In this document: positions 16,848-26,862 of the stretch, piece after piece
Position numbering within the stretch: the stretch's first letter is position 1
Layout: each line of letters opens with the position of its first letter
Virus record (IMG/VR): IMGVR_UViG_3300034965_000017
Span: 1 to 41,183 of that record
Origin: a virus
Taxonomy: Duplodnaviria; Caudoviricetes
DNA length: 41,183 nucleotides
Strand: one strand, 5' to 3'
Program-made: the position numbers and the translations under genes
Notes under the pieces: generated by a model
Told to the model about the DNA's origin: nothing
The model's input: only the letters and a program-made list of their open reading frames with translations
The model's database searches: none

Positions 16848-17263
16848 CCAACACTGACACCGCGGCTGCCTTCCTGGCGCTGCTGGTCGCCGACCAGAAC
16901 CTGAAAGTCCTGGACGGAGAGGTCCCTACCGACCCCGGGACGGGCCGGCTGCCTGATCGCCCCTACGTAGTGATGTGGTCCCCACCAATCCCCGGCGCCG
17001 GTCTGGACACCCTCTCCGGCCGGTCTGGCTGGTGGGAAGAGACCATCACCACGACCATCGTGGGCGACACCGTCGACTCCATTCGGATCGCCACGCGCAG
17101 AGTCCGTGGCGCGGTCTTGGACGTGGTCCCCGTGGTCGTCGGCCGCACCTGTCTGCCGATCCGCATGGACGGCGACCCTCTGCCCATCCAGCCCGACAAC
17201 GACGTCCAGCCCCCCGTGCTCTACGCCGTCATCCGCTGGAAGTGCTCCAGCACTCCTGCCTAG
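16844..17263 (+). CDS. Tail terminator
   Basis: Position; VLDGEVP...PYVV. Confidence 0.75.
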   Translation: MTNTDTAAAFLALLVADQNLKVLDGEVPTDPGTGRLPDRPYVVMWSPPIPGAGLDTLSGRSGWWEETITTTIVGDTVDSIRIATRRVRGAVLDVVPVVVGRTCLPIRMDGDPLPIQPDNDVQPPVLYAVIRWKCSSTPA

Positions 17264-17311
17264 CTACACCGCTCTCTCGCACCGTTCCTCAACCTGCCCA
17301 GGAGGCAACCA

Positions 17312-17635
17312 ATGGCGTATCTCGCCGCGCAACAGATCGCCGTCACCGGGACGGCGCCGACCTACGCCGCCGCCTCCGCTGGTGGAGACACCGCAAGCCC
17401 AGACGACAGGACGTTCCTGCACGTCAAGAACGCCAGCGCAGGTGCCCTGACGGTGACCCTCGTGGTCCCCGGGAGCACCTACGCCCAACCCAACCCCGAC
17501 GTCGCAGTCTCCGTCCCCGCCGCAGGCGACCGCTTCATCGCTATCCCGGCCGGCGCCACCGACATGTCCACCGGGCTCGTCGGATTCACCTATTCAGGCA
17601 TCGGCAGCCTGACCGTCGCACTCGTGAGGATCTGA
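17312..17635 (+). CDS. Small beta-rich virion protein
   Basis: AGGAGG RBS; FLHVKN; inside the tail operon. Confidence 0.7.
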   Translation: MAYLAAQQIAVTGTAPTYAAASAGGDTASPDDRTFLHVKNASAGALTVTLVVPGSTYAQPNPDVAVSVPAAGDRFIAIPAGATDMSTGLVGFTYSGIGSLTVALVRI

Positions 17636-17636
17636 C

Positions 17637-18011
17637 ATGGCTGAGCTGACACGCTGCCGGCACAACGAGACCGGCGCCGAGGCCGAGCTGCCCACCGAGG
17701 CACTGGGCGCCTGGCACGCCCACGGATGGGACCCGATCAGCGACTCACGCAGCTTCGAGGCCGCAGACGTCGAACGGGTCCAGGCCGAAGAGGCCGCCGC
17801 GGCCCACATCCAGGGCGTCATCGAGACCCTCTCGTCGACGAAGCGCCCGAACATCGACGCAGTCCTCGAGGAGGTCGCAGAAGACCCAGCGGCCGCGGCC
17901 GCCGCGATGCAGATCGAGCAGGCGCGTGAGAACCCCCGGACCACGCTCGTGGACCGGCTGAACCAGATCATCAACCCCGCTGGCGACGCCGGCACGCAGA
18001 AGGAGAACTGA
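17637..18011 (+). CDS. Hypothetical protein, 124 aa
   Basis: In operon; acidic and helical. Confidence 0.7.
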   Translation: MAELTRCRHNETGAEAELPTEALGAWHAHGWDPISDSRSFEAADVERVQAEEAAAAHIQGVIETLSSTKRPNIDAVLEEVAEDPAAAAAAMQIEQARENPRTTLVDRLNQIINPAGDAGTQKEN

Positions 18012-18012
18012 C

Positions 18013-18483
18013 ATGGGCGACCTCGTTTCCGATGGAAAGATCAGGGTCGAATGGCTGCCTGCATGCGCGAGCATCGCAGCCCCGACCGTAGCCGAACGCA
18101 ACGCAGCCTTGAGGCTCGATACGGTAATGACCCCCGACGGTCTGCAAGTCACCCCCAAGACCGCAGACGTCGACACCTCAGCGCTGTCCTCGACCTTCGA
18201 CACCAAGAGGGCTGGACGTCGCGAGTTCGACAACTCAGTGAAGATCAAGCGCCAGGACGCAGCCGACACGGCCCTGTCCACGCTGATCTTCCGGGCCAAC
18301 GGGTTCCTGGTGGTTCGCCGCATGGTGGACGCGGCAACGGCCCCGGCGATCGGCGACAAGGTCGAGGTCTACCCCTCCGAGTGCGGAGAGCGGATCCCCG
18401 GCTACGGGCCGAACACCGTCCAGTCGTTCGAGGTCCCGCTGCTGAACACGTCGGACCCGAACCCCAACGCGGTCACCGCCTGA
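18013..18483 (+). CDS. Major tail tube protein
   Basis: SDGKIRVEW..IAAPTVAE...GFLVVRR...GDKVEVYP. Confidence 0.88.
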   Translation: MGDLVSDGKIRVEWLPACASIAAPTVAERNAALRLDTVMTPDGLQVTPKTADVDTSALSSTFDTKRAGRREFDNSVKIKRQDAADTALSTLIFRANGFLVVRRMVDAATAPAIGDKVEVYPSECGERIPGYGPNTVQSFEVPLLNTSDPNPNAVTA

Positions 18484-18493
18484 CCCTTCGGTC

Positions 18494-18530
18494 GAGAGGC
18501 GTCACCCTGGTCCCTTGGGTGGCGCCTCTC
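18494..18530 (+). terminator. Hairpin after the tail tube gene
   Basis: gagaggcgtcaccc / gggtggcgcctctc. Confidence 0.6.
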
Positions 18531-18577
18531 TCAGTTAGTTCCAAGGGACAGCGCCAACACAAGGGACACCACACGCC

Positions 18578-19150
18578 ATGCGCGACATCGAAGATGACCT
18601 GGAGCAGGTCAAGCCAACCACCGCGAGCGTGCTCCTCTGCCTGCGTGGCGATCTGCTCGGCGAGCTCGACCTGATCAACGATGACCTGGATCAGTACGAC
18701 GGGTGGGAACCATCCAGTCTGTCCGACGTGGATCCGCGAACTGGCCTTCAAGCGCGCAAGGCTGAGCTCGAGGCTCAGATGCGGGCCGAGTCCAAGCCAT
18801 ACCGGTTCGAGACCATCGGAGACGAGGCCTGGTCTGACCTGCTAGCTGCGCATCCACCGCGCGAGGGTAAGGCGGACAGGGAGGACTTCGACCCGAAGAC
18901 ATTCCCCACAGCTCTACTCGCAGCCTCTGCAGTCGAGCCAACGATGACGATCGAGCAGGCCAAACGACTGTTCAGCCGGTTGGCTCTGCCGCAACGCAAC
19001 TCGCTCTTTGGCACGGCTTACAGCGCCAACATGCGAGGGGTGGAGGTGCCTTTTTTACCGCCATCCTCAGACGCAGCCCCAGCCAACGCGAGGAAGTCGA
19101 AACCGCGCGTGCGTGGGGCGTCCCGCGCAGCGTCTTCCTCGGCCGAGTAG
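18578..19150 (+). CDS. Tail assembly chaperone (G)
   Basis: Between tube and TMP genes; W.DLLAAHPPR. Confidence 0.85.
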   Translation: MRDIEDDLEQVKPTTASVLLCLRGDLLGELDLINDDLDQYDGWEPSSLSDVDPRTGLQARKAELEAQMRAESKPYRFETIGDEAWSDLLAAHPPREGKADREDFDPKTFPTALLAASAVEPTMTIEQAKRLFSRLALPQRNSLFGTAYSANMRGVEVPFLPPSSDAAPANARKSKPRVRGASRAASSSAE

Positions 19151-19395
19151 TCGAACCCGGCGAGCCCGTATGGCTCCCCAAAGACCGCAACTACGCGATC
19201 GCCCTGACCCGACTAGAGGCCGACATACACCACGACTGCGGCAGACCATGGTCGGAGGCTATGGACCCGGCCAACGCTGAGCGATACACCGTCGACGTCC
19301 TTGGCACCTGTGCTGCGTGCTACGCGCTAGCTGCCAAGGCCGACCGGCCGCCACCGTCGCCGATATACCGGGTGCGGCTCCGGGACGACATCTAG
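19051..19395 (+). CDS. Tail assembly chaperone GT extension via -1 frameshift
   Basis: T_TTT_TTA at 19051-19057; the -1 frame is open to TAG 19393-19395 (..WLPKDRNYAIA..HDCG..CAAC..). Confidence 0.8.
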   Translation, partial: FFTAILRRSPSQREEVETARAWGVPRSVFLGRVVEPGEPVWLPKDRNYAIALTRLEADIHHDCGRPWSEAMDPANAERYTVDVLGTCAACYALAAKADRPPPSPIYRVRLRDDI

Positions 19396-19574
19396 TCCCT
19401 GCGAGCCATCCCGGCACCCCACATGATCCCGCCAATGATAGCGATCACGAGGCCGAACAAGACCAGGCGGTAAGCGGGCTGGACCAGGCCATACATGGCG
19501 ATCAGCAACCCGACTATGCCCGTCCTGAGTCCCTGACTCTCGCGCTCTTTCGCGGTCTTTCGTGGCCTGCTCAC
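19392..19574 (-). CDS. 60-aa 2-TM membrane protein, antisense to the tail operon
   Basis: Basic N-terminus plus two hydrophobic helices; fills the gap between GT and TMP. Confidence 0.6.
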   Translation of the reverse strand: MSRPRKTAKERESQGLRTGIVGLLIAMYGLVQPAYRLVLFGLVIAIIGGIMWGAGMARRD

Positions 19575-19607
19575 ATCCGAACCATAGAGCCCTGACAGGA
19601 GACACGC

Positions 19608-22600
19608 ATGTCAGACCGTTCCGTCTCCGTCTTCCTGAAGGCCAACGTCTCCGGCTACGTCGCCTCGATCGAGAAAGCCAAGCTCGCAACCAGAGACTTC
19701 GCCAAGTCCGCTGAGAAGTCGGCGACCACCCACAAGGGCTCGTGGGACAAGGTCGGTAAGGGGATGCTTCTCACCGGCGGGGTCATCGCCGTTGGGGTCG
19801 GGCTGGCAGTCAAGGCCTTCTCTGACTTCGACAAAGAGATGAGCGCCGTCAAGGCCGTCTCGGGCGCCAGCGCCAGGCAGATGGAACAGCTTGGTAAGGC
19901 CGCGATCAAGGCCGGCGCTGACACCGTATTCAGCGCGTCCGAGGCGGCGCAGGCCGAGGGTGAGCTCGCTAAGGCCGGAGTAAAGACCTCCGACATCCTC
20001 GGTGGCGCGCTGACGGGTTCCCTGAACCTCGCCTCCGCTGGCGGGCTCGGCCTTGCCGACGCGGCGACCATCGCGGCCCAGTCCATGAACGTCTTCAAGC
20101 TGGGCGGGCAGGACGTCTCGCACATCGCTGACGTGCTGGCTGCTGGGGCGAACAAGTCCGCAGCCGACGTGAGCTCTCTGGGTGAGGCATTGAAGCAGGG
20201 CGGATTGGTGGCAGCTCAGACGGGCCTTCACCTCGAGGACACGACTGGCATCCTGTCGATGTTCGCGGACTCAGCGCTGGTTGGATCTGACGCCGGCACG
20301 AGCCTAAAGACAATGCTCATGCGTCTGGTCCCGCAGTCCGACAAGGCTCAGGCCGCGATGGACAAGATCGGGTTCAGTGCCTACGACGCCTCAGGCAAGT
20401 TCGTCGGCATGGAGTCTGTGGCGAGCCAGCTCCAGACGGGCTTGGGCAAGCTCTCCGCAGAGCAGCGCTCCGCTGCCCTGAACACGATCTTCGGTAGCGA
20501 CGCCACCCGGGCAGCGTCCATCCTTTACGACCAGGGCGCAGAAGGCGTCAGGGAGTACACGGACGCCGTCAACGACCAGGGCGCGGCGTCCCGCATGGCC
20601 GCAGCCATGCTCGACAACCTGAGTGGCGACTTCGAGGGCCTCAAGGGCAGCATCGACACGGCCCTGATCCAAAGCGGATCTGCCGGCAACGACGTCCTCA
20701 GGTCGATAACCCAGAGCGCCACTGGCGCTGTGAACGCCTTCGGCAGACTGCCTGGGCCGGTGCAAAAGAGCGCTCTCGGGTTTGCTGCTGTGGTATCTGG
20801 CGGCCTGCTGGTCGGTGGGGCGTTCCTGACCGTGGTGCCGAAAATCATTGCGACAAAGAAGGCTCTTGACGACCTTCATGTCACGTCGGGGCGCACGGGC
20901 ACAGCGCTCAAGGGGCTGGGCAAAGCTGCCGGGGTCGTCGCCGGCCTTGCGGCTGCCGCCTCTGCGTTCGCCGCCTTCAGCAACGCCAGCAGTAAAGCCG
21001 TCCCCGGCATTGAGGCGACGACCAGCGCACTGCTGGCCAGCATCGATGCTGGCGGTAAGGCCGCTGCTAGCACCAAGGATGTCGACGCGCTCTTTGCGGG
21101 CATCGACCACCAAGCCGACTTCCTTGGAATCTGGAACTACAGCGGCGCCATTGACGACCTGGGCGGGGCGTTCAAACGCCTGACTAACAGGACCGGCATG
21201 GAAGGCTTCAGCGACTCGATCGACGGCGTCTTCGGTGTGATCAACGGGGCGACGAAGTCCGCCGAGGTCTTCAACAACATCGGCATAGCCCTCGGCAAGA
21301 TGGTCACAGACGGCCACGCCGGAGAGGCCAAGTCGCAGTTCGACGCGATGGCCAAGAAACTTCACCTGACCGGCGACGAGGTCAACAAGCTGCAGGCGCT
21401 GATGCCTGCCTACGGCGAGGCGATGGCCGCAGGCGCCAACGGGACCAAGGCTGCAGCCGGCGCGGTCTCGCAATTCAGCGCAGACGTGGGCGTCGCAAAG
21501 GTCAATGTTGAAGGCTTCGGCACGGCCCTCGATGGGCTGTTCGGCAAGACCTTCGGTGTTGAGCAGGCCACCGACGCATGGCACAGCAGCCTCAACGGGC
21601 TGAGTGCCGCGGTAAAGACCAACGGTCGGAGCATCAAGGGCACCACGGACAAGGCGATCGCCAACCGTGAGGCCCTGCGCACCGTGGCACAGAAGGCCTA
21701 CGACGTTGCCAAGGCTTACGCCGACACGGGCGCATCTGCCCAGAGGGTCACCGAGAAGTCGGCTGCGCTCAAGTCTGAGTTCATCAAGCAGGCTATGCAG
21801 GCTGGCTTCTCCCGTCAGGCTGCCGAGAAGTACGCCCGCGCCCTGGACAAGATCCCGCAGACCGTCAAGACCAACATCAGCGTCGCAGTCAATGGCATGA
21901 CCCAGCTGCAGTCACTTCAGAACTACGTGAACAACCTGCACGACAAGCACATCACCATCACGGCATCGCAGCAGGGCGGCTTCAACAAGCGCATGGGGAT
22001 GCTTGAGGCTGACGGCGGCGTGGTCGACTACTTCGCCAACGGCTCGGAGAAGCACGTCGCACAGATCGCCTCCGCTGGCTCAACCCGCGTATGGGCCGAA
22101 CCGGAAACGGGCGGCGAGGCGTACATCCCCCTCGCTGCGGGCAAGCGCACCCGATCCAAGGAGATCCTGCAGAACGTCGCAGGCCGCTTCGGCGGACAGG
22201 TCACGTTCATGGCCAACGGCGGGATCCAGTCTCTGGACACGGGCGGGTTCGTCTCGGCTGACTTCTCCGCGATCAGTGGACGCCTGCCGAGCAGCGCACC
22301 CAGCCGTGCTGACATCGCTGCCCTACGGCTGCGCGAGGCCAAGGCCACCACAACCCTGCACGCCGCTGAGAACGCCTTGTACAAGCTGCGACACACCAAG
22401 GGCCACACGGCGCGCCAGATCGCCGCCAGTGAGGAAAGACTGACCAACGCGCGGGGTTCGCTGCGTCTAGCCACTAGCAAGCTGAACGGTGCCGAGACTG
22501 CCCGCACATCTGCGACCAAACCCTTCGCCACGAAGTTCCATGTCGCTGCAGCCAAGTCCAACAGTTCGACGCTGGCGTTCCTCAAGAACATCGACTTCCT

Positions 22601-22997
22601 GCGGAGTCGCGGATTCGTCACGTTGGCTGATCAGCTGGTCATGCAGGCGGACGACCAGGCATACACCTTGGCGTCTCAGGCTGCCCGATCCCCCGCCGTG
22701 CGCAGCACTTTGACCAAGGATTTGAAGACATCCCTGTCGCGGGAAAAGAGCCTGGCATCTCGTCAGGCTGCCGTCGACGCGAGGTACGCACCCAAGGTCC
22801 CCGCACCTCCCGTCATGCCGACATGGGCTCTGCCTGCCGGCGTCGCCGCCTCCACCTACGGTGCCCGGCCCGCACCCGGAAAGATCCAGCAAATCATCGT
22901 GAAGATCGGCGACACCGAGCTCACCAGCCTCGTCTCCGCGACCGTGGACGGCCACTCACAGCAGCTGGTCGACGGCCTCGTCTACGGGGGTCACTGA
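19608..22997 (+). CDS. Tape measure protein
   Basis: 1129 aa, Ala/Gly-rich; TP901-type core (FDKEMSAV, FSASEAA, AGTSLKTML); AEPETGGEAYIPL. Confidence 0.95.
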   Translation: MSDRSVSVFLKANVSGYVASIEKAKLATRDFAKSAEKSATTHKGSWDKVGKGMLLTGGVIAVGVGLAVKAFSDFDKEMSAVKAVSGASARQMEQLGKAAIKAGADTVFSASEAAQAEGELAKAGVKTSDILGGALTGSLNLASAGGLGLADAATIAAQSMNVFKLGGQDVSHIADVLAAGANKSAADVSSLGEALKQGGLVAAQTGLHLEDTTGILSMFADSALVGSDAGTSLKTMLMRLVPQSDKAQAAMDKIGFSAYDASGKFVGMESVASQLQTGLGKLSAEQRSAALNTIFGSDATRAASILYDQGAEGVREYTDAVNDQGAASRMAAAMLDNLSGDFEGLKGSIDTALIQSGSAGNDVLRSITQSATGAVNAFGRLPGPVQKSALGFAAVVSGGLLVGGAFLTVVPKIIATKKALDDLHVTSGRTGTALKGLGKAAGVVAGLAAAASAFAAFSNASSKAVPGIEATTSALLASIDAGGKAAASTKDVDALFAGIDHQADFLGIWNYSGAIDDLGGAFKRLTNRTGMEGFSDSIDGVFGVINGATKSAEVFNNIGIALGKMVTDGHAGEAKSQFDAMAKKLHLTGDEVNKLQALMPAYGEAMAAGANGTKAAAGAVSQFSADVGVAKVNVEGFGTALDGLFGKTFGVEQATDAWHSSLNGLSAAVKTNGRSIKGTTDKAIANREALRTVAQKAYDVAKAYADTGASAQRVTEKSAALKSEFIKQAMQAGFSRQAAEKYARALDKIPQTVKTNISVAVNGMTQLQSLQNYVNNLHDKHITITASQQGGFNKRMGMLEADGGVVDYFANGSEKHVAQIASAGSTRVWAEPETGGEAYIPLAAGKRTRSKEILQNVAGRFGGQVTFMANGGIQSLDTGGFVSADFSAISGRLPSSAPSRADIAALRLREAKATTTLHAAENALYKLRHTKGHTARQIAASEERLTNARGSLRLATSKLNGAETARTSATKPFATKFHVAAAKSNSSTLAFLKNIDFLRSRGFVTLADQLVMQADDQAYTLASQAARSPAVRSTLTKDLKTSLSREKSLASRQAAVDARYAPKVPAPPVMPTWALPAGVAASTYGARPAPGKIQQIIVKIGDTELTSLVSATVDGHSQQLVDGLVYGGH

Positions 22998-22998
22998 C

Positions 22999-23895
22999 AT
23001 GGCCGCAACCCTGACCGCAACGCCCGAACCCACGAACGGCCCGCCAAGGATCCGTCTCAACGTGACGATCTCGTCTGGCACTGGCGTCTCCGTGTTCCTG
23101 ACCAGGCTGGACCCTGACGGGCGCACACAGGTCGTCAGGCTCGCGGACCCTGCGGTGATGACCGGGACCGCCTGGGTCGGGTACGACTACGAAGCGGCGT
23201 ACGGCGCGAACGTCACATACACGGCCGTGGTCACAAGCTCCGGCTCGGTCGTTCAGACCGTCAGCGCCTCGGCCACCCTCACCGTTGGCGACGTGTGGCT
23301 GATCCACCCCGGCGTCCCGTCCCTGTCGATGATGCTCGCCAAAGTGACCAGCCTCGGAGACAGGGTCCGGCCCGTAAACCGTGGCGTATTCGAGCCATTC
23401 GGGCGCCCGACCCCGCTGGTAGTCACCGACGGCACACGCAAGGCCGTTCAGGCGTCGCTGACGATCCGGACCCGGACCCTTGAAGAGCTGGCCGCGTTGG
23501 TGGGCGTCCTAGCTGACAGCGCAACCCTGCTCCTGAACGTCCCGGTCTCCCTTGGGTGGGGCGTGGCCAACGAGTACGTGTCCATCGGGGACCTGGTCGA
23601 GACCCGCGAGGTCGAGACCGGCAACGACCCCTGCAGGATCTTCACGGCCCCGTACCTGGTGGTCTCACGCCCGGTGGGCGGCTCGCAGAGCCAACGCACC
23701 TGGGCCGATGTCATAACCGAGAACGCGACGTGGCAAGTCGTCCTCGACAAGTACGCCTCCTGGCTGGGAGTCCTGGCCCCTGGCAGCGACATGGGCATAG
23801 TCGCGGAGACCCCACCTGGCAGCGGGCTCTACCCCCTCGAGGTCGACTCCGTGGAGTCCCCGCCCGGGTCCGGGCTTTACACGATTGGGACCTGA
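22999..23895 (+). CDS. Minor tail protein (distal tail position)
   Basis: Follows TMP; DYEA.YG, WLIHPGVP. Confidence 0.8.
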   Translation: MAATLTATPEPTNGPPRIRLNVTISSGTGVSVFLTRLDPDGRTQVVRLADPAVMTGTAWVGYDYEAAYGANVTYTAVVTSSGSVVQTVSASATLTVGDVWLIHPGVPSLSMMLAKVTSLGDRVRPVNRGVFEPFGRPTPLVVTDGTRKAVQASLTIRTRTLEELAALVGVLADSATLLLNVPVSLGWGVANEYVSIGDLVETREVETGNDPCRIFTAPYLVVSRPVGGSQSQRTWADVITENATWQVVLDKYASWLGVLAPGSDMGIVAETPPGSGLYPLEVDSVESPPGSGLYTIGT

Positions 23896-24995
23896 TGTAC
23901 CCAGTCACGGCCAAGTTCCTGGACGCCCTCAGAGGCCCTCACACCGCGGTTACTCGGGTGGAGATCTGGCGTGACGGCACAGGTCAGGTCATCCCCGACC
24001 TGGCTTTCAGCGGCGGCGAGGTCACCATCGACGGCACCTCCAGCGGTGTGCGCTCAACCCTGAGCCTGACCGCAGCCAAGGACGCGGGCACCGTGCTCTG
24101 GGACCTGCTCGCGCCGACCGGGACTGAGGTTATGCCCTACCGCGGCATCCGGTTCATCGACGGCACCGTCGAGCTCGTCCCCCTTGGCGTTTTTGGGATC
24201 GATTCTCAGAGGATGGGCCACGGTGTCGACGGCACGATCGACCTGACCGCACCCGACCGTTGGGCACGCGTGCAACGTGCCCGGTTCCTGCAGCCGGCCA
24301 CGACCAATGGCAACGCGATCAACGAGGCCATCAGGCTCGCAACCGCGGCCGTGCCGGTGGCCTTCAGCAAGACCGCCACGTCCGCGGCATCGACCAAGGC
24401 CCAGATCTGGGATCGCGACCGCGACGCAGCGATTGTCGAGCTGATGCAGTCAGCGGCCGCTGAGATGTTCTTCGACCGTACCGGCAAGCTTGTCGCCCGC
24501 AACGTCCCCAAGCTGACAAACCTGCCCGTGTGGACCGTCGACGCTGGCGAGAGCGGCGTCCTGGTCAGCGCAGACCGCGAACGCAACCGGTCGCGGACCT
24601 GCAACATCGTCGTGGCCTTGCCCGAGAACGTTGACGGCGCAGCGCCATTCGCACCCCAGATCGCCTACGACACCGACCCCGGCTCCCCCACGTTTGTCGG
24701 CGGCTCGTTCGGGCAGGTCCCCATGTTCTACAGCTCGCCACTGCTGACCACGGCCGCCCAGGCCTTGGCCGCGGCGAAGGCAATCCTGGGACGCGTCACC
24801 GGCCTCGCCGCCCAGGTCAGCCTTGAGTCATCGGTCAACCCAGCACTGGACGCAGGCGACGTCATCAGCGTCGTCCTTCCAGGCGGCACGGTCGAAACGC
24901 ACCTCATCGACTCAGTGACCATCCCCCTGGACGCCGGCACCCCGCAGAAGACCACGACCAGGTCGACCAGGCCCGAAGGGGATGTCCCAGAGTGA
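23895..24995 (+). CDS. Minor tail / hub protein (DUF5047-like)
   Basis: Start MYPVTAKFLDAL by TGATG coupling; VPLGVF, FGQVPMFYSSP, NPALDAGD. Confidence 0.82.
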   Translation: MYPVTAKFLDALRGPHTAVTRVEIWRDGTGQVIPDLAFSGGEVTIDGTSSGVRSTLSLTAAKDAGTVLWDLLAPTGTEVMPYRGIRFIDGTVELVPLGVFGIDSQRMGHGVDGTIDLTAPDRWARVQRARFLQPATTNGNAINEAIRLATAAVPVAFSKTATSAASTKAQIWDRDRDAAIVELMQSAAAEMFFDRTGKLVARNVPKLTNLPVWTVDAGESGVLVSADRERNRSRTCNIVVALPENVDGAAPFAPQIAYDTDPGSPTFVGGSFGQVPMFYSSPLLTTAAQALAAAKAILGRVTGLAAQVSLESSVNPALDAGDVISVVLPGGTVETHLIDSVTIPLDAGTPQKTTTRSTRPEGDVPE

Positions 24996-25288
24996 GCCCC
25001 CCACGCATCCGGTCCATGAGCTCAGCCATCCGCAAGCTCGCCGCCGAGCTGTCCGGCCGGTCAGGCCCTGGCCGGCGGCCACAGCAGTGGTTCGAGCCCG
25101 CAGTCGTGTACTCCGTGACGCCCGCAGGAGCCAGGGACGGCAACGCGCTGTGCACGGTCACCTGGCGTGGAACCCAGACTCCCGCCGCGTACTCATCCTC
25201 CTACGCCCCTGTCGTGGGCCATGTGGTCTTGCTAGGCGTCCAGCCACCCAGCGTCGTCATCCTCTGCCGCCTTATTGGCACCCCGTAA
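24992..25288 (+). CDS. Small minor tail protein
   Basis: SY.PVVG..V motif; position. Confidence 0.7.
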   Translation: MSPPRIRSMSSAIRKLAAELSGRSGPGRRPQQWFEPAVVYSVTPAGARDGNALCTVTWRGTQTPAAYSSSYAPVVGHVVLLGVQPPSVVILCRLIGTP

Positions 25289-25301
25289 CCAAGGAGTCTC
25301 T

Positions 25302-26822
25302 GTGACCAAGTTCTTTGTTTCCTGGGATGACACGACGAACAAACTTCCCGCGGTTGTCGAGGCTGCTCTTGCTGATGACTTTGTTGGGCTGGATGGTGAC
25401 CAGAACGTCAACGGGACCAAAAACTTCACCACCACCCCCTACGTCAACGGTGTAGCGGTAGCGCTGGTGTCATCACCCCCATCCATCCCCCCGGCCTGGT
25501 CTGCCAGTCAGGTCGGGCCTGGGGTGGTCGGTGAGTACTACACCTTCCAATACGTCGCCACAGGCTCACCAGCCCCGGCCTACGCAGTGACGCTGGGAAG
25601 CCTCCCACCCGGCCTGACTCTCACATCAGCAGGCCTACTCTCAGGCACCCCGTTGACGGTCGGCACCTTCACCTTCACTGTGACCGCGTCTAACGACGTT
25701 GATCCCGACATCACTAGGGAGCGCACCATCGACATCACTGCAGCCCCCGTCGCTGTTGGTGGCGGGCTCGTCTACGGCGCAGGGATGGGGTACGACGGCA
25801 AGGGCAACCAGATAATCAACGGTGGCTCCACTTCAGGTTCCGGTAGAACTGCGATCAAGTTCCGGGCCAGTACGAGTAGTGCGCTGCATGGAGTGAGGTT
25901 CACACAAAGGAGCGGGCCGGGAGGGTACTCGGGAGGCACGGGTGGGGTAATGACCATCCAAGTCCGTCCAGATGATGGCACTGGCAAGCCTCATGCGACC
26001 ACAGTGCTAGCGACGATGAGTTTCAACCCGGTTGCCTATACAGCCAGCACCGAAATCTACGACCTCAAAGTGTTCCCGACTCCGGCGAACTTGGTGGCCG
26101 GGACCATCTACCACATCGTCTTCTCCAACCCTTCCACCACGAACTTCATCTCGGTCAACAACATCTACTGCTACGAGACCGCTAACCCGCGCCACCCACG
26201 GTACGCAGACAGCGACTTTGCAATCATGGAGTCGCCGTACTCCAGCTGGTCGTGGTCCTTGGCCGACTGGTACACCCCCGTTGTCGACCTGGTGTACTCC
26301 AACGGCGTCATCGACGGGCAGTGCTACTACGAGTCGATGAACCCGCAGAGCCAGAACATCACGGGGACGAACTACCGGGTCCGAGAGAACATCTTGGTCA
26401 GCGGTGGAAACAAGATCGTCACGGGCGTCTATGTGAGGGCGCGTAGAGCCAGCGGGTCTACTCCTTTGGTTCTCACGCTTAAGGATTCGTCGGGTGCCAC
26501 CATGCAGTCGGTGAGCGTTCCTTCTACTGCCATTGCCACCACTAGCGCAGGCGGGGTAGATGCAGCGGGCGCAGTGTGGGTCGGAGGTGTCTTTGCTGCC
26601 CCGGCCACATTGATAAGCGGCAACAGGTACTACTTGGAGTTGTCCACGACGACAGGCACATACAGCACATGGCCGATCCGGGCGAAAGGCAACCCAGAAA
26701 GCTACCAGTCGTTCTGCTTCTCTGAGGGGCTATTCGAGTTCGCCACAACGGGCACGAACTGGGATCGCGGGTACTACGACCCCTACCAGGTCAACGTGCA
26801 GATGTACTTCACGCTCGCCTAG
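25302..26822 (+). CDS. Tail or receptor-binding protein with putative Ig domain
   Basis: AAGGAG RBS, GTG at 25302; GSLPPGLTL...GLLSGTP...FTFTVTA Ig-like motif; beta-rich C-terminal modules. Confidence 0.75.
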   Translation: MTKFFVSWDDTTNKLPAVVEAALADDFVGLDGDQNVNGTKNFTTTPYVNGVAVALVSSPPSIPPAWSASQVGPGVVGEYYTFQYVATGSPAPAYAVTLGSLPPGLTLTSAGLLSGTPLTVGTFTFTVTASNDVDPDITRERTIDITAAPVAVGGGLVYGAGMGYDGKGNQIINGGSTSGSGRTAIKFRASTSSALHGVRFTQRSGPGGYSGGTGGVMTIQVRPDDGTGKPHATTVLATMSFNPVAYTASTEIYDLKVFPTPANLVAGTIYHIVFSNPSTTNFISVNNIYCYETANPRHPRYADSDFAIMESPYSSWSWSLADWYTPVVDLVYSNGVIDGQCYYESMNPQSQNITGTNYRVRENILVSGGNKIVTGVYVRARRASGSTPLVLTLKDSSGATMQSVSVPSTAIATTSAGGVDAAGAVWVGGVFAAPATLISGNRYYLELSTTTGTYSTWPIRAKGNPESYQSFCFSEGLFEFATTGTNWDRGYYDPYQVNVQMYFTLA

Positions 26823-26862
26823 CCCACCCAAAAATCCCGCTGCTACCACCCCTTGGAGCGTC

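Noticed and set aside
23806-23880. ETPPGSGLY / ESPPGSGLY repeat as a diversity-generating (TR/VR) pair
   Set aside because: Short in-frame peptide repeat with mostly synonymous differences; no reverse transcriptase in the genome.
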